Below are positions 25,131 through 38,703 of a stretch of DNA of 64,000 bases, one piece after another. Under the pieces are notes generated by a model. That model was not told the origin of the DNA. It saw nothing but the letters and a program-made list of their open reading frames with translations, and did not search any database. Made by a program: the position numbers and the translations under genes. Position 1 is the stretch's first letter. Each line of letters begins with the position of its first letter. Source of the stretch: Octopus vulgaris (taxonomy: Eukaryota); contig OX597823.1 of assembly GCA_951406725.2 (NCBI GenBank), positions 61,938,001-62,002,000 on the forward strand, read 5' to 3'.

Positions 25131-26959
25131 AGTATTTTAATAAGAGTTTTCACTAATTACGGTATCTGATCTTGCAGTGTGCAAATTTTATTGAGAAAAT
25201 AAATACAAGGCACAGAATAATGTGTATTCCAACAGCAAACCTAGCTCGTTGCCATGGTATTGAATTCCCCACAGATAACTGAATGTTTTTATTTGATTGT
25301 TAAAATCACAGTAAGCAGCAAACAAAATTTCTTGCCATTTTTATTCATAACCCTTCACATTTCAAGTTCAGTTCTCATAGAAGCTGACTTTGCTTTCCAT
25401 TCATCTGTGGTCAATGAAATAAATACCAGTAATTAATATAGAGCTTAGGTATAAACAGCAGCTGCCTTCCTCAGAATTTCTGGTCATGTGCCAATGTTGG
25501 AAATCAATATTGATGTTAATACTCTATGGTAATTTTCAGATCAAAAATATTTCATAAGACAATCAATACTTTATCTTTATTGATTGGTAGTGAATTTTTA
25601 ACAGGTTCTTTTCTCCAGTCTCGCACCATACACACATACATGTACACTTAGGCATGACCATGTGGTTGAGAAGTTTGTGGCACAGCCACATGGTTCTGGG
25701 TTCGATCTCATTGCATGGCACTTTGTTTGGGCATGTGTGTTCTATTATAGCCTCTGTCCAACAAATGACTTGTTAATGAAATTTGGTGGACAGGAACTGG
25801 ACAGAAATCAATTATGTACATGGATGTGTTGTTTATATGTGTGTGTGTGTGTGTGTGTGTTTGTATAAGCATTTCTGTGTGTTTGTGTGTAACCATTTCT
25901 GCATGTGTGTGAGTGTTTCCTCATGTTTTTGCATTGTCACTGTATGAGCAAAAGCTGCAACAATTATGTCTCTCATTAAAAAATATCCCATAGCTCGGCA
26001 CTTTTGCCATGTGTGAAAGAAAGACAAATGGAATATAGATACTTGGGAAACAGGCATTGGCAGCAGGAAGTACATTTGGCACAGAATATTACCTCAATAA
26101 CTCACATCTAACTCATACTAAAATGGAAAAAGTAGATGCAAAAATGGTGATGGTAATGTATATTTTTCTCACTCTGTCCATTTTTATCTAACTCTCTTCT
26201 CTCCTCATTTTCCAAGTAGAACTAAGTATCACTATTCTTCCTTCCCCTTTTATTTTTCCTTCCTGTTTCCTCTCCCTGTCATGTCAATGTATTCATGTTA
26301 ATCATTTCATGAATCACAAGGGCTGGTAGCATCTGATCTTTAATTCTATCTGTTCTAATATTAAGCAGAGAGAAATTGTTTCCTTGGGTAAAATGCTAAT
26401 CTATTACAGATAACTGTGTAATTTCCTCTTGCATCTCAGACCAGACACTAAGATGCCCACAACCAAATGAATAACCAAGTATAACTTAAAAGGAAATTGA
26501 ACACTACCTACAAGGAAATTTATGTATCTTTTCAGTTGCATACATGTTTATGTCATGAGCAAAGAAGACACTCTTTCACAACTATCAGGTGATATCAAGG
26601 CAATGATACACACACATGTACATGCACACACACAAACACACACACTCATGTGCACATGTGCATGTGCACACACATACATGTGCATGCATGCACATGCAAA
26701 CACGCACACACACATATGTATATATGATAGATTTCTTTTAATATTCATCAACCAAATCCGGTCACAAGGCTTTGGGGTGGCGTGGCACTGTTATAGAAGA
26801 CCCCTTACACAGTGGAACTGAACCCAAAACTGTGTGGTTCGAAAACAAACATCTTACCACAAAGCCACACCTGTGCATATATGTATGTGTGAGTGTGTGT
26901 GAAAATAGGTACACTGTTAAATACCCCACTTTCCATGAAGTTATATAAGTTATTTATTT

Positions 26960-27175
26960 TATTCATTTCTTTATTGCCTGCAAGGAGCTAAACATAGAGG
27001 GGACAAACAAGGACAGACAAAGGAATTTAGTTGATTTCATCGACCCTAGTGCATAACTGGCACTTATTTAATTGCCCACCAAAAGGATGAAAGGCAATGT
27101 CGACCTTGGCGGAATTTGAATTCAGAACATAGCAGCAGATGAAATGCCGCTAAGCATTTCACCCAGCATGCTATT
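26960..27175 (-). mobile_element. SINE family C copy
   Basis: cgaccctagtgcataactggcactt...aaaggatgaaaggcaatgtcgaccttggcggaatttgaattcagaac. Confidence 0.8.
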
Positions 27176-27475
27176 GATGTGGCTGTATGGTTAAGAAGTT
27201 CAGAACCATTTGACATGGAGTTTGCTCCCGCTGCATAGAAACTTGGCTGCTGTTGCCTAATAATATAGCTGTGAATTGACCAATACCTTGTCAGTGAAAT
27301 TTGGTGTATTGAAATTAAAAGGAGTTCTCTTTTTCTCTCTCTTTATGTATGTATGTATGTATGTATGTATATGTGGAAACAAGGAAAATGCCACTTGTAT
27401 TTGAAGACTATCCAAATATTCTTTTAAAAAACTTTTCTTATAATTTTTCCAAAATTTAATTGTTTTCCATACTTA

Positions 27476-27511
27476 CAGTTGAAAAAGTTTCAATGACTGA
27501 AACTGGTACTG
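27476..27511 (+). ncRNA. Minimal type I hammerhead remnant in a Penelope-like repeat (~27370-27570)
   Basis: CAG-TTGAAAA-AGTT-tcaat-GACT-GAAAC-tg-GTA-CTG: 3-bp stem I, 4-bp stem II, near-palindromic stem III (ACtGGT), core mutated from YUGANGA. Confidence 0.55.
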
Positions 27512-27565
27512 AAATGTTTTTTATAAAATAATTTTAGCATTTTCTATCTTGACCTTTTTTTTTTC

Positions 27566-27598
<33 letters not shown>

Positions 27599-27602
<4 letters not shown>

Positions 27603-27634
27603 TAATGCAATATATATATATATTGCATTACTTA
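27599..27634. repeat. Perfect 36-bp palindrome
   Basis: TAAGTAATGCAATATATA|TATATATTGCATTACTTA is its own reverse complement. Confidence 0.95.
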
Positions 27635-28122
27635 GTGTGTTTACCAGTTTATTTTTGAGGGTTGTTTTTGATGTTACAAAAACAACAGAATCATGCACAC
27701 CCTACCTCCACCCCACAAAAGAAAATATCCCCAAAATAAACCAAGATAATTTTTTTCACTTTCCTGATATCATTGGAAGAATGTTGCGATTTGAAAATAA
27801 TTCTTTTTTCATAATTTTAGTTATTTCAACAATAAATTGTGTTTATATACGTGTGTGTGTGCAATAGCAGTCATAAGATCAATGTTGGTACCCATGACCT
27901 TTTCAGTTGAGGTTCAACTTGAAGACTTGTAGATCAGTCTTTGCACTGCAGGGTGATGGGGAAGGTGAAATGGGCTGTCATTCTGTTAAAGAAAGATTGG
28001 TTGAAGTTTCTAATAAATGTGACAGGAAGAAGAAATATGGAGGGAGGGATGATACTTATGTGTGTGTATGTGTGTGTTTGCACATGTGCATGTGTGTGTA
28101 TGTTTATGTGTGTGTGTATGTT

Positions 28123-28165
<43 letters not shown>

Positions 28166-28190
28166 ATGTGTATATATGTGTATATATATT

Positions 28191-28457
<267 letters not shown>

Positions 28458-28867
28458 AGGCAGAGAAATGAATATAGTTACACTAATTAATATAATTGTT
28501 TTTCTTTATATTTTTATTGGTTTAGATCAGTTATTGACAAATTGCAGCCATTCAGGACTTTATGAATGGGACACCTAACAAAAAAATTACCATGAACTCT
28601 TTTAGTGGTGAGCTGTGTCCCATGTGGCCTGCTTCTTGAGAAAGTTTGCCAGTGCCTGGTTTAGATAGTGCTGTTGTTGCTGTTAGTAGTGGTGGTGATG
28701 GTGTCAGAAACCTATCATGAAAGGCATTCTAGTCATGATCATCTTGTCCTTTTTCATGTGTGCGAGGAGCTCGAGATCTATTCATTCAACTTATTTTTTT
28801 CAAAGACCATAAAGTGGGAGTTGAAAGAATTTGGCAGCTATTTCTTGCAGGTGGTGTTTAGTGTGAC

Positions 28868-29130
28868 AATCATCATCACCATCATCACTACCACCATCAT
28901 CCACCACCACCACCACCATCAGCAGCAGCAACAGCAGCATCACCACCACCACCACCGTCATCATCATCAACATCACCACCACCACCATCAGCACCACCAC
29001 CATCATCACCACCACCACCATCATCATCATCACCACCATCACCATCATCACAACCACCATCATCATCACAACCACCATCATCATCACAACCACTACTATC
29101 ATCATCACCACTTTTTTCATCATTACCATG
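28868..29130. repeat. (CAC/CAT/CAG)n trinucleotide tract, the expanded tail of a minus-strand RTE-tail-like element (to ~29370)
   Basis: Tract runs directly into tttaacatccacttttccatgcttgtatgggttgg. Confidence 0.9.
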
Positions 29131-30162
29131 ATTTTAACATCCACTTTTCCATGCTTGTATGGGTTGGATAGAATTTGTTAAAACTTACTTTTCTATGGCC
29201 AGATATCCTCCCTGTCGCCACCCCTCAGCTGTTTCCAAGTAAGGCAATGTTTCCCCATGGCCAAATATGTTTTCACAGAACATTGGGAACAGAGAACACT
29301 GCTTGCATGACAGTGACACCCGTGGACAACTATCACATGAAGTCAAGGCAAGGTGACAGTAACACACACACACACACATATGTGTATGATAGGTTTCTTT
29401 CTGTTTCTCTCTACCAGATCTACTTACAAGGCTTTGGTCAGCCTGGGACTATAGCAGAAAGCACTTCCATAAGGTGCCATGCGGTGTTCTAAACACTAAA
29501 ACCTTGTAGTTGGGAAGCAAACTGCTTACCACACAGTTTCGCCTGCCCTACATCTGTGCAACAGTATCATAGGAGAAAAATAAGAAAAATAAACATAGGT
29601 GGGTGTGGGATAAATTCTAGAAGTTTGAAAATAGTCTAGGTGTAGGTAAAGTGTTAGCTTAAAGTCTGGAGACAAAGAGAGTGAGAGAGTGCAAGAAGGC
29701 GAGACGCAGTAAGGGCAATAGGGCGCAGTGAAGAAAATCCGGATGTATTTCATATAGAACTGGTTGGAAGTAATATAAAACTAGCCAGTTGCAAAGGGCA
29801 GAAGTCATGGATATAATAGCAAAACAGTCTGAGAGAGGGAGAAGAGAGATAAATGAATACATGGGTGTACCGCAGTTTGTGTGTGTGGGTTACTGAGTGA
29901 GTCTGGTTGGAATAATTTTAACGATTACCTATATTTTATGAAAAGGTAGGTGATCTGATATAGGTTACTGCTAAAGAAATCGGTTTACCAATTTTTATTT
30001 TTATTTTTTTTTTTTTCCATTTAAATACATTCTGCTTATTTTACAATCAATGCTAATGGTCAGTCTTCATGTTTATTACAAACCAGGATTTTGTTTTTTT
30101 GCTTTCACTCTCTAAGTGCACTAGTGTCCGTAAGTTTTATTTACAGACAATTATATGTGGAG

Positions 30163-30197
<35 letters not shown>

Positions 30198-30212
30198 CAT
30201 TATTATTTATTA

Positions 30213-30244
<32 letters not shown>

Positions 30245-30546
30245 GATAGTAATAAAAAGAAATGAATAACCTCTAACTAATGATTCCCAGGTAGAAATAT
30301 ATTGAATATGTCAAACACAACCCCCAAGGAAAAATCAATATTTACTTCATCTTGTCTGTGTATGTGAGTGTATCAGCCTGTCATGTGGAATTATATGTGT
30401 ATATATGTAAGCGTATATGTAAATTTATGAGTGTATGGTATATATTTGTGTGCACACAGAAATGTAATTATACATATATATTTGTATTGGATATATACAT
30501 ACATATGTTTGTATGTCATATATATATGTAATATATATATATATAT

Positions 30547-30740
30547 TCTTTTATTTGTTTGTCATTTGACTACAGCCATGATGGAGCACCGCCTTTAGTC
30601 AAACAAATCGACCCCAGGACTTATTCTTTCTAAACGTAGTACTTATTCTATCAGTCTCTTTTGCTGAGCCACTAAGTTATGGGGACATAAACACACCAAC
30701 ATCGGTTGTCAAACAATGGTGTGGGAACAAACACACACAC
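30547..30740 (-). mobile_element. SINE family A, 3' half only
   Basis: gtcatttgactacagccatgatggagcaccgcctttagtc...cggttgtcaaac. Confidence 0.85.
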
Positions 30741-30779
30741 AAACATATACGATACATACACACATACACACACACACAC

Positions 30780-30815
<36 letters not shown>

Positions 30816-30914
30816 ATAGTAATGGTATGACAACAAAAGAATGAATGAGACCTCGATATTATGTAAAGAGACGAATTTATCTGTAATATGATATGTGACA
30901 ATTATTCGGTTGCC

Positions 30915-30980
30915 ATAATAAAAACTCCGAGTTTAGGATGTCGGGGCAGAAATCTGCTCCGGCATCTCGTCAGTTATTAA
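30915..30980 (-). ncRNA. Type I hammerhead motif with long stem II (mutated) in a Penelope-like repeat (~30812-31145)
   Basis: Minus strand reads TAATAA-CTGACGA-GATGCCGGAGCAGA-tt-TCTGCCCCGACATC-C-[T]AAAC-TCGGA-GTT-(T)TTATTA. G12 is replaced by T (plus-strand A30935) and there is one extra T before stem I. Confidence 0.7.
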
Positions 30981-31369
30981 GACAAACAAAAATGCTATGA
31001 AAGTGATCGTTAAACAAAGGGAAATTACTATGTGAATGACCGTTATTAAGACAAACAAAAGAGCTATTGGAATGACCATTAAATAAAGGGAAGAAACCTC
31101 AAAGGGAGAAAGTAAAAAACACTCATAGAATTTTGCGTATGCGCACATGTACATACATACATATGTGCATACACACCCACATGCATGTGCATATATGCAT
31201 ATGCTCACTCACACTCGCATGAAACACATGCACACCCACACACACAAACATAAACATGTACACATACATATCTGCACATGCACACACACACGTACACATA
31301 CCCATATGAGCACAATTATATTCATATACATATCTAAATGTAATATGCGTGTGTGTGTGTGTGTGTTTA

Positions 31370-31582
31370 ATCCCCACCATTGCTTGACAACTAGCGTTGG
31401 TTTATTTATGCTCCTGTAACTTAGTGGTTCAGCAAAAAAAGACTGATAGAATAAGTACCAGACTTAAAAAAAAAAAAGAAAGAAAATGTACCAGGGTCCC
31501 AGGGTCAATTTGTCTGACTAAACCTTTCAAGTTAGTGCTCCAGTATGGCCACAGTCTAATAACTGAAACAAGTAAAAGATAA
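31370..31582 (+). mobile_element. SINE family A, 3' half only
   Basis: ccccaccattgcttgacaac...gatagaataagtacca...gtgctccagtatggccacagtc...ctgaaacaagtaaaagataa. Confidence 0.85.
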
Positions 31583-32039
31583 GATTTGGTGTTGGATCTC
31601 TGTGGTTTAATGCTGAAAATTCAGTATTTTTGATCAACTGGATTACCTACTCCTGAGTTAACATTTACATGGCTTAGTGTTCCACACACATACACATGTA
31701 CCCTTAATGTAATTTGCTGGCAGAATCAGCGTAACATGGTGTGCATATATGACAAAGCTGTAATGCTTGAATTAGAGGTAGAATGCATCCTGCGTAGCTT
31801 CTATGCAGATTCTTTCAACTCAGTTTCATTCACAAGCAATGGGTTTACCTGAGGTTAGAGAAAATGACATTTGTGCAATTTGTTACATTGAGAGATTGAA
31901 CCCAAGACCTAATGGTTGTGAATCAAACTCCTTAACCATTTAGCTAGTACCGTATTAAGACATGGGCACACTGGGTAAGTTGCCCAAGGACTCTGCAGGT
32001 CTAGGGGTCCAACTTACATGCTGTCAATAAATAAATAAA

Positions 32040-32365
32040 TAGTACTGGGCTTCACTGAGGAAATGACAAGGAACTGAGACTTGTGACAATTTGCTGTACC
32101 TGAGAAGACATGTCATGCTGAGTAAAATCACAGCCTTCCATACATACAGGCATGTCCTTTGCAGATTGCTGGTGCCATGCATAATGCATTCATGCTGGTA
32201 GCACGTAAAAAGCACCCAGCACACTCAGAAAAATGGTTCACGTATGGAAGGGCATCCAGCCATAAAAACCATGCCATGTCCGGACAGCTCTCTGGTTGGC
32301 CAGCTCATGTCAAACCATCCAACCCATGCCAGCATGGAAAACGGATATTAAATAATGATGATGAT
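32040..32365 (+). mobile_element. RTE 3' UTR/tail copy, apparently nested in a degenerate MITE (31947-32418)
   Basis: Shared gaagggcatccagc...ccaacccatgccagcatggaaa...gatgatgat tail. The flanks gtaccgtattaag and ttaacatgaccct look like degenerate TIRs. Confidence 0.7.
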
Positions 32366-33180
32366 ATAGGGCCAGTGAATTGATATGCCTGGGGGTCTAT
32401 AATGTTAACATGACCCTACATTCAGCAATGCTTGCACCTTTATACATATACACATGCATACAATGTATACACTTACATACATTTACACACAGCTATATAT
32501 ATATATATATGTGTGTGTGTACGTGTACAGATATATATATATATGCTTGTGAACATGTTGAAGCAAGTTCTAAATTCTTTCCGTATTCATTTGCATCCTG
32601 CGTTATTGATTTAAGAAATAGTTTATAATTTTTGTTTCTACTTCTTGTTTTTAGTCATCAGATTATATTGATGTTGCAGGAATATGATTTCCAAGCAGAA
32701 GCTTTTATATCTAAAATTTCAGTTAACCTGAAGATATCTAAAAAAAAAAACAACACAGAGATTATAAGTGATCAACTCCAACTGCAACAACAAACAATAA
32801 TACTATCTAATGGTCTTTGTTGTTTTTGTTCCATTGCATGCACGCACATGCACACACACATAATGTATATTTGTATTTATTTATATATTTTCATTATGAA
32901 AGAAAACAAGCAAGTCACAGCCATCAATTTTTGCCATAGTTGTTAAAGAGGATTTTGTGGAATCTCTTACGGCTGCTTTTATTGCTTGTTTTCTACTACT
33001 ACTAGTTAATTAATTCACATCAAACATGTCTAATTACATGTTATTACTTGCACTAGCTGGTTGAATGGAGATACAGCTTTCACAACACCTCATATTGTTG
33101 TTTAGCCCTGGGTCAGACCTGAATGTGCAAATCCATGATAGTCAAGTCAGCCAAACTTTTAAGGGTTTCTCAGACTATAT

Positions 33181-33420
33181 AGTTAAGTTAAGTTAATTTT
33201 TTGGCTCAAAAAGCAAAAGCAAGGCCATGTAGGAGGACATGGAGTTATGTACAGGGAAGGTGTTCATGCAAAGAGTTCAGGCCATTTCTGGTCAAGAGAG
33301 TCTTTGAACCGAGCGGCATCGGCATCTTCACTATCTCATCCGGCAGCTTATTTCATGGATCCGCAACCCGATCAGAGAAAGCCCCTCTCCTTCGATTGAG
33401 ATGAAATTGTCGCAGATAGA
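33181..33420 (-). mobile_element. 5'-truncated CR1-type LINE 3' end with (AACTT)n tail
   Basis: Minus translation YLRQFHLNRRRGAFSDRVADP*NKLPDEIVK matches the CR1/L2 terminal FSxRVxxxWNxLP motif. Ends aattaacttaacttaact; CpG-rich, so relatively young. Confidence 0.85.
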
Positions 33421-34974
33421 GCTGTACTACTAAATGTATTCATTGCATTTTAAGAGAGCAGGTAATGATTTTGAGTTCTGACTGCTATTTCTAGCATTTT
33501 GAGCGATTGCATAGAAGTTCCTTCATTGGTTTGGTGTAGACCTGCTGTGAAGCTTGTGTGGATTCAGTGAATTCACAGCCGAGTCATACCACTTCACTCA
33601 CTCACTCATATCTTTCCTTCAGTGATGTGACAAGTGTTTTTAGTTTTAATTACGTTTGTTATTCCAATTAGCTTGAGATTACGGGAGATAAACAAAGCTA
33701 GCTGAGGTTTAATCAACTGCAAAACAACATATTATCTTCAGTTACATTGTGACTCCTAGTTTCATCTATTGTTGTTGTAACTGTCAGTCATCATAACTGG
33801 CATGTTGTGTTTGCCCCAATAAAAGTTCAGTGTTGCAATCCAAAGATAGGATGGTTACATTTGAAACACCTTTGGCCATAGGTTTGCTTAATTGAGGATG
33901 ACCTGGCACTAAACATCAGCAGCAATAATGGCATACTTTCATGAGGATGCCATTATGAGATCACTCAGCCCACTAGAAATAGCAACCAAACCTCCCTTTG
34001 ATTACACTCTACTGTTTTAAATAAAGAATCATTATTTGACATATGATTTCCTATGCTGGTGTGTGTTGGACAGGTTTTCGTAGCAGTGTTTAATGCCCAA
34101 TGCTCTGCATGACCGCAACCCTTTTAGTTTCCACTTGCAACATGTGGTGATATGGTGCACCTTCTCTAAAACAAACATGCACATAGTATGTCTTAAATAA
34201 AGAATACATTGGATAATGTAATCCTAGGTGTCTTGAGGAAGCAGGTTAATAATGGCTGAAAGCTTTTGACTATAGGTTTGCTCAATAGGGTTGCAGCCAT
34301 TTCCAAAGGTTCTTATGATATCTAAAACTTATCCATACCTTGTTTGAAAGATTTTCTTCTTAGGCATATAGTGGAGTCATACTGCATTTCTAGCTCAACA
34401 CCTGTTGCTAATTAATGTCTACGTTTGAATCCTCAGATTATGTTGCCTTTAATCCTTGCTTGCTCTCATTGTTGGTGCATTCATTTCAGGAGAATATATC
34501 TTGTGTTGTTTTCTAGGTTTGAAATTTGACTATTATTCTTGTTCATTCATATAAATACCTTATCCTATCATGATATTTCTGTGACTTAATGGCTCTAATT
34601 GTTTACTAATAACCTTTTTCTTGACCACATTTCTCTCAGGTCATTCAGCTTAAGTCCTTTCAGGTCGTGAACTTCTTTAAAGGAAACCAAATAATCTGCA
34701 TATTATGAAAGTTTAATTAACAGATTAAGAGGTGGTTGAATGGAGAGGAGCCTCAATAATTTCATACCTTAAAGCTTCTTAAGTTTATAATTTTATACAT
34801 GCATTCTCATTCCATTCATTAGTTGTAGATAGGTAATTATGATGATGCTGGTACCTTCTAGCAGCATTGATGCTAGCAATGAATGGTCCAACTTCTTATA
34901 GCTGACTTTAGAACATAGTTTCTTTCATCCAACATATACACATACATAAATACATGTTTGCTCATATAAATATA

Positions 34975-36594
<1,620 letters not shown>

Positions 36595-37453
36595 GCATAT
36601 GGTTTTATAGATAATCTGAGTTTTAGCCTTTTCACTAATGTTCTTTCATTGCTAATCTTCCCTCATTTATATTTTACTATTTGTTTCCACTTAATACATA
36701 CTTAAAATTTTAGTTCTCTAACAGACACCCTGTAATTTACTATCATTTTGCACAGGTGCTTGTGTTTATGTGTACATGCTCATAGCTATTAAGAATCCTT
36801 CAGGGGATTCAGTAAATGTATTTTACCCACCAGTGGTGATGACCTACAAAAATAACAGTCAGTTTTAAGTGACAGTACTCTGCAAAACATCCATTATAAT
36901 GTCTTGTAAGTTTTCACTTCTCATCCAGAACATCAAAAATGAATAATGAAATTAATACCAATAAAAAAAAAAATTACAGAACAACCTCTGTCATATTTGT
37001 AATATAATTATGGTAGGGTAGCATGCATACGTTATGTAGTGGAGTTGTAAAAGTTCAATCAACTAAGGTTATTCAAGCAATAAATAGGTAAAAAAATTCT
37101 CTTCTTCCGTATTTTTCTCTGCTACGCTTTTCAGTGAGCTATCTTTTGGAAGTTCATGTAGCATATTGTTTTTTTTTTCCTGTGAGATAAGGTTGCTACT
37201 CCTTTCATTCAACTCTTAATATAAAGATGCAAGGGAATTAATTCCTGTTAGATCAGATCAAAATTTTTGTACAATGTAGATAATGCAATTTGGAGTGGAT
37301 CTGGTCTTTAAAACCAGCTGGTGAAAAAAACACCTTTGTGATGGTTAGAGAGTGAGAGAAAAAGAAAGAGAGAGAAATAGTGAACAGAAGGACTGTAGTG
37401 ATGCTGATTATGAATGATTTAGTTTTCTATCATTCTTTCAAAAATTAATGAAC

Positions 37454-37662
37454 TACTGTATTTTTTGACCTACAAGTCGAATTTTTAAGACCATAATTTA
37501 CAACCAAAACGAGGTAGGTTCACTTATATACCAAAATGACTTTGGAAGGCCGAAACTTTCAGGTGAAATGCAGTAGGATTTGGAAAGATAACGATGATAT
37601 TTGAATCTTTACACTGTGTTTGCATTATATGTACATCAACTTGTATGCCAGAAAATACAGTA
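37454..37662. mobile_element. Tc1/mariner/pogo-type MITE with TA ends
   Basis: Left TACTGTATTTTTTGACCTACAAGTCGA versus reverse complement of right end TACTGTATTTTCTGGCATACAAGTTGA. Confidence 0.85.
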
Positions 37663-38036
37663 CTAGTGTTGGGTAGTGGACTGGTGGAAACGTTTGAGCA
37701 TCAGAAGGGATGCCTTGTGAGCCTAGATCTTTAATGTTATGTGTTCAAATCCCACCATAACTTACCTGGGTAACAGATTTAATCCATCATCCTGTTGAAC
37801 ACCACCACTTGGCTTTTAAGTGCAGTATAAGTGGAGTCCACTTTGTTGCAAGCTTTCAGACCAGGTCTCCAGTTTGAAGATACCTCTCTCCTTCCCACTC
37901 ATATCCAAGTAGACTAGTGGGGTGCTGTGTTGTATAATAATATTATAGCCCATATAACTAATGGTAATAGTCTAGTGGAGTTTAGGTTGATGATATCAAT
38001 ATGGTTCTAGATTAATCTAATTACTAGATTAATATG

Positions 38037-38375
38037 TGAAGGCACACGACTCAATGGTTAGAGCATTGGGCTCACAATTATGAGGTAGTGAGTTCGATTT
38101 CCAGACCGGGTTGTGTGTTGTGTATTTGAGCAAGACACTTTAATTTCATGTTGCTCCAGTTCATGCAGCTGTAGAAATGAGTTATGATGTCACTAGTGCC
38201 AAGCTGTATCGGTGTTTGCCTTTCCTTTGCATAATATCAGTAGTGTGGAGTGGTGAGGCTGGTATGCATGGGTGACTGCTGGTCTAGCATAAACAACCTT
38301 GCCTGGACTTGTGCCTTGGAGAGGAACTTTCTAGTTGCAATCCCATGGTCATTCATGACCGAAGGAGTTCTTTAC
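38037..38375 (+). mobile_element. tRNA-derived SINE family B with 9-bp TSD
   Basis: Head caatggttagagc...gagttcgatt, central tttgagcaagacacttt domain; TSD ATTAATATG at 38028-36 and 38376-84. Confidence 0.88.
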
Positions 38376-38402
38376 ATTAATATGGTGAAGTATATAGTGG
38401 GT

Positions 38403-38703
38403 GTGGAGGTGCAATGGCCCAGTGGTTAGGGCAGCGGACTCGCGGTCGTAGGATCGCGGTTTCGATTCCCAGACTGGGCGTTGTGAGTGTTTATTGAGCG
38501 AAAACACCTAAAGCACCACGAGGTTCCGGCAGGAGTGGTGGCGATCCCTGCTGTACTCTTTCGCCACAACTTTCTCTCACTCTTTCTTCTGTTGGCCTGC
38601 TTGCTTAGCCAGCAGGGTGGCATCATTTGAAGGCTAAAACAATGCAAAGCGCACTGTGACCAGCGATGTGTAGCAACATCTAATAGCCTGGTCAGTCACG
38701 GTG
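38403..38703 (+). mobile_element. Young tRNA-derived SINE (B-related) with 11-bp TSD
   Basis: A box TGGCCCAGTGG, B box GGTTTCGATTCCC, CpG-rich; TSD ATATAGTGGGT at 38392-402 and 38704-14. Confidence 0.92.

Noticed and set aside
28668-29171. His-rich 167 aa ORF
   Set aside because: Produced by a (CAC/CAT)n tract that is the expanded tail of a retroelement fragment.
37758-37770. ACTTACCTGG (U1 snRNA 5' end or minus-strand donor)
   Set aside because: No further U1 similarity, and no supported upstream exon on the minus strand.
38403-38480. tRNA gene
   Set aside because: The tRNA-like head continues into a SINE body bounded by a TSD; no acceptor stem or terminator.
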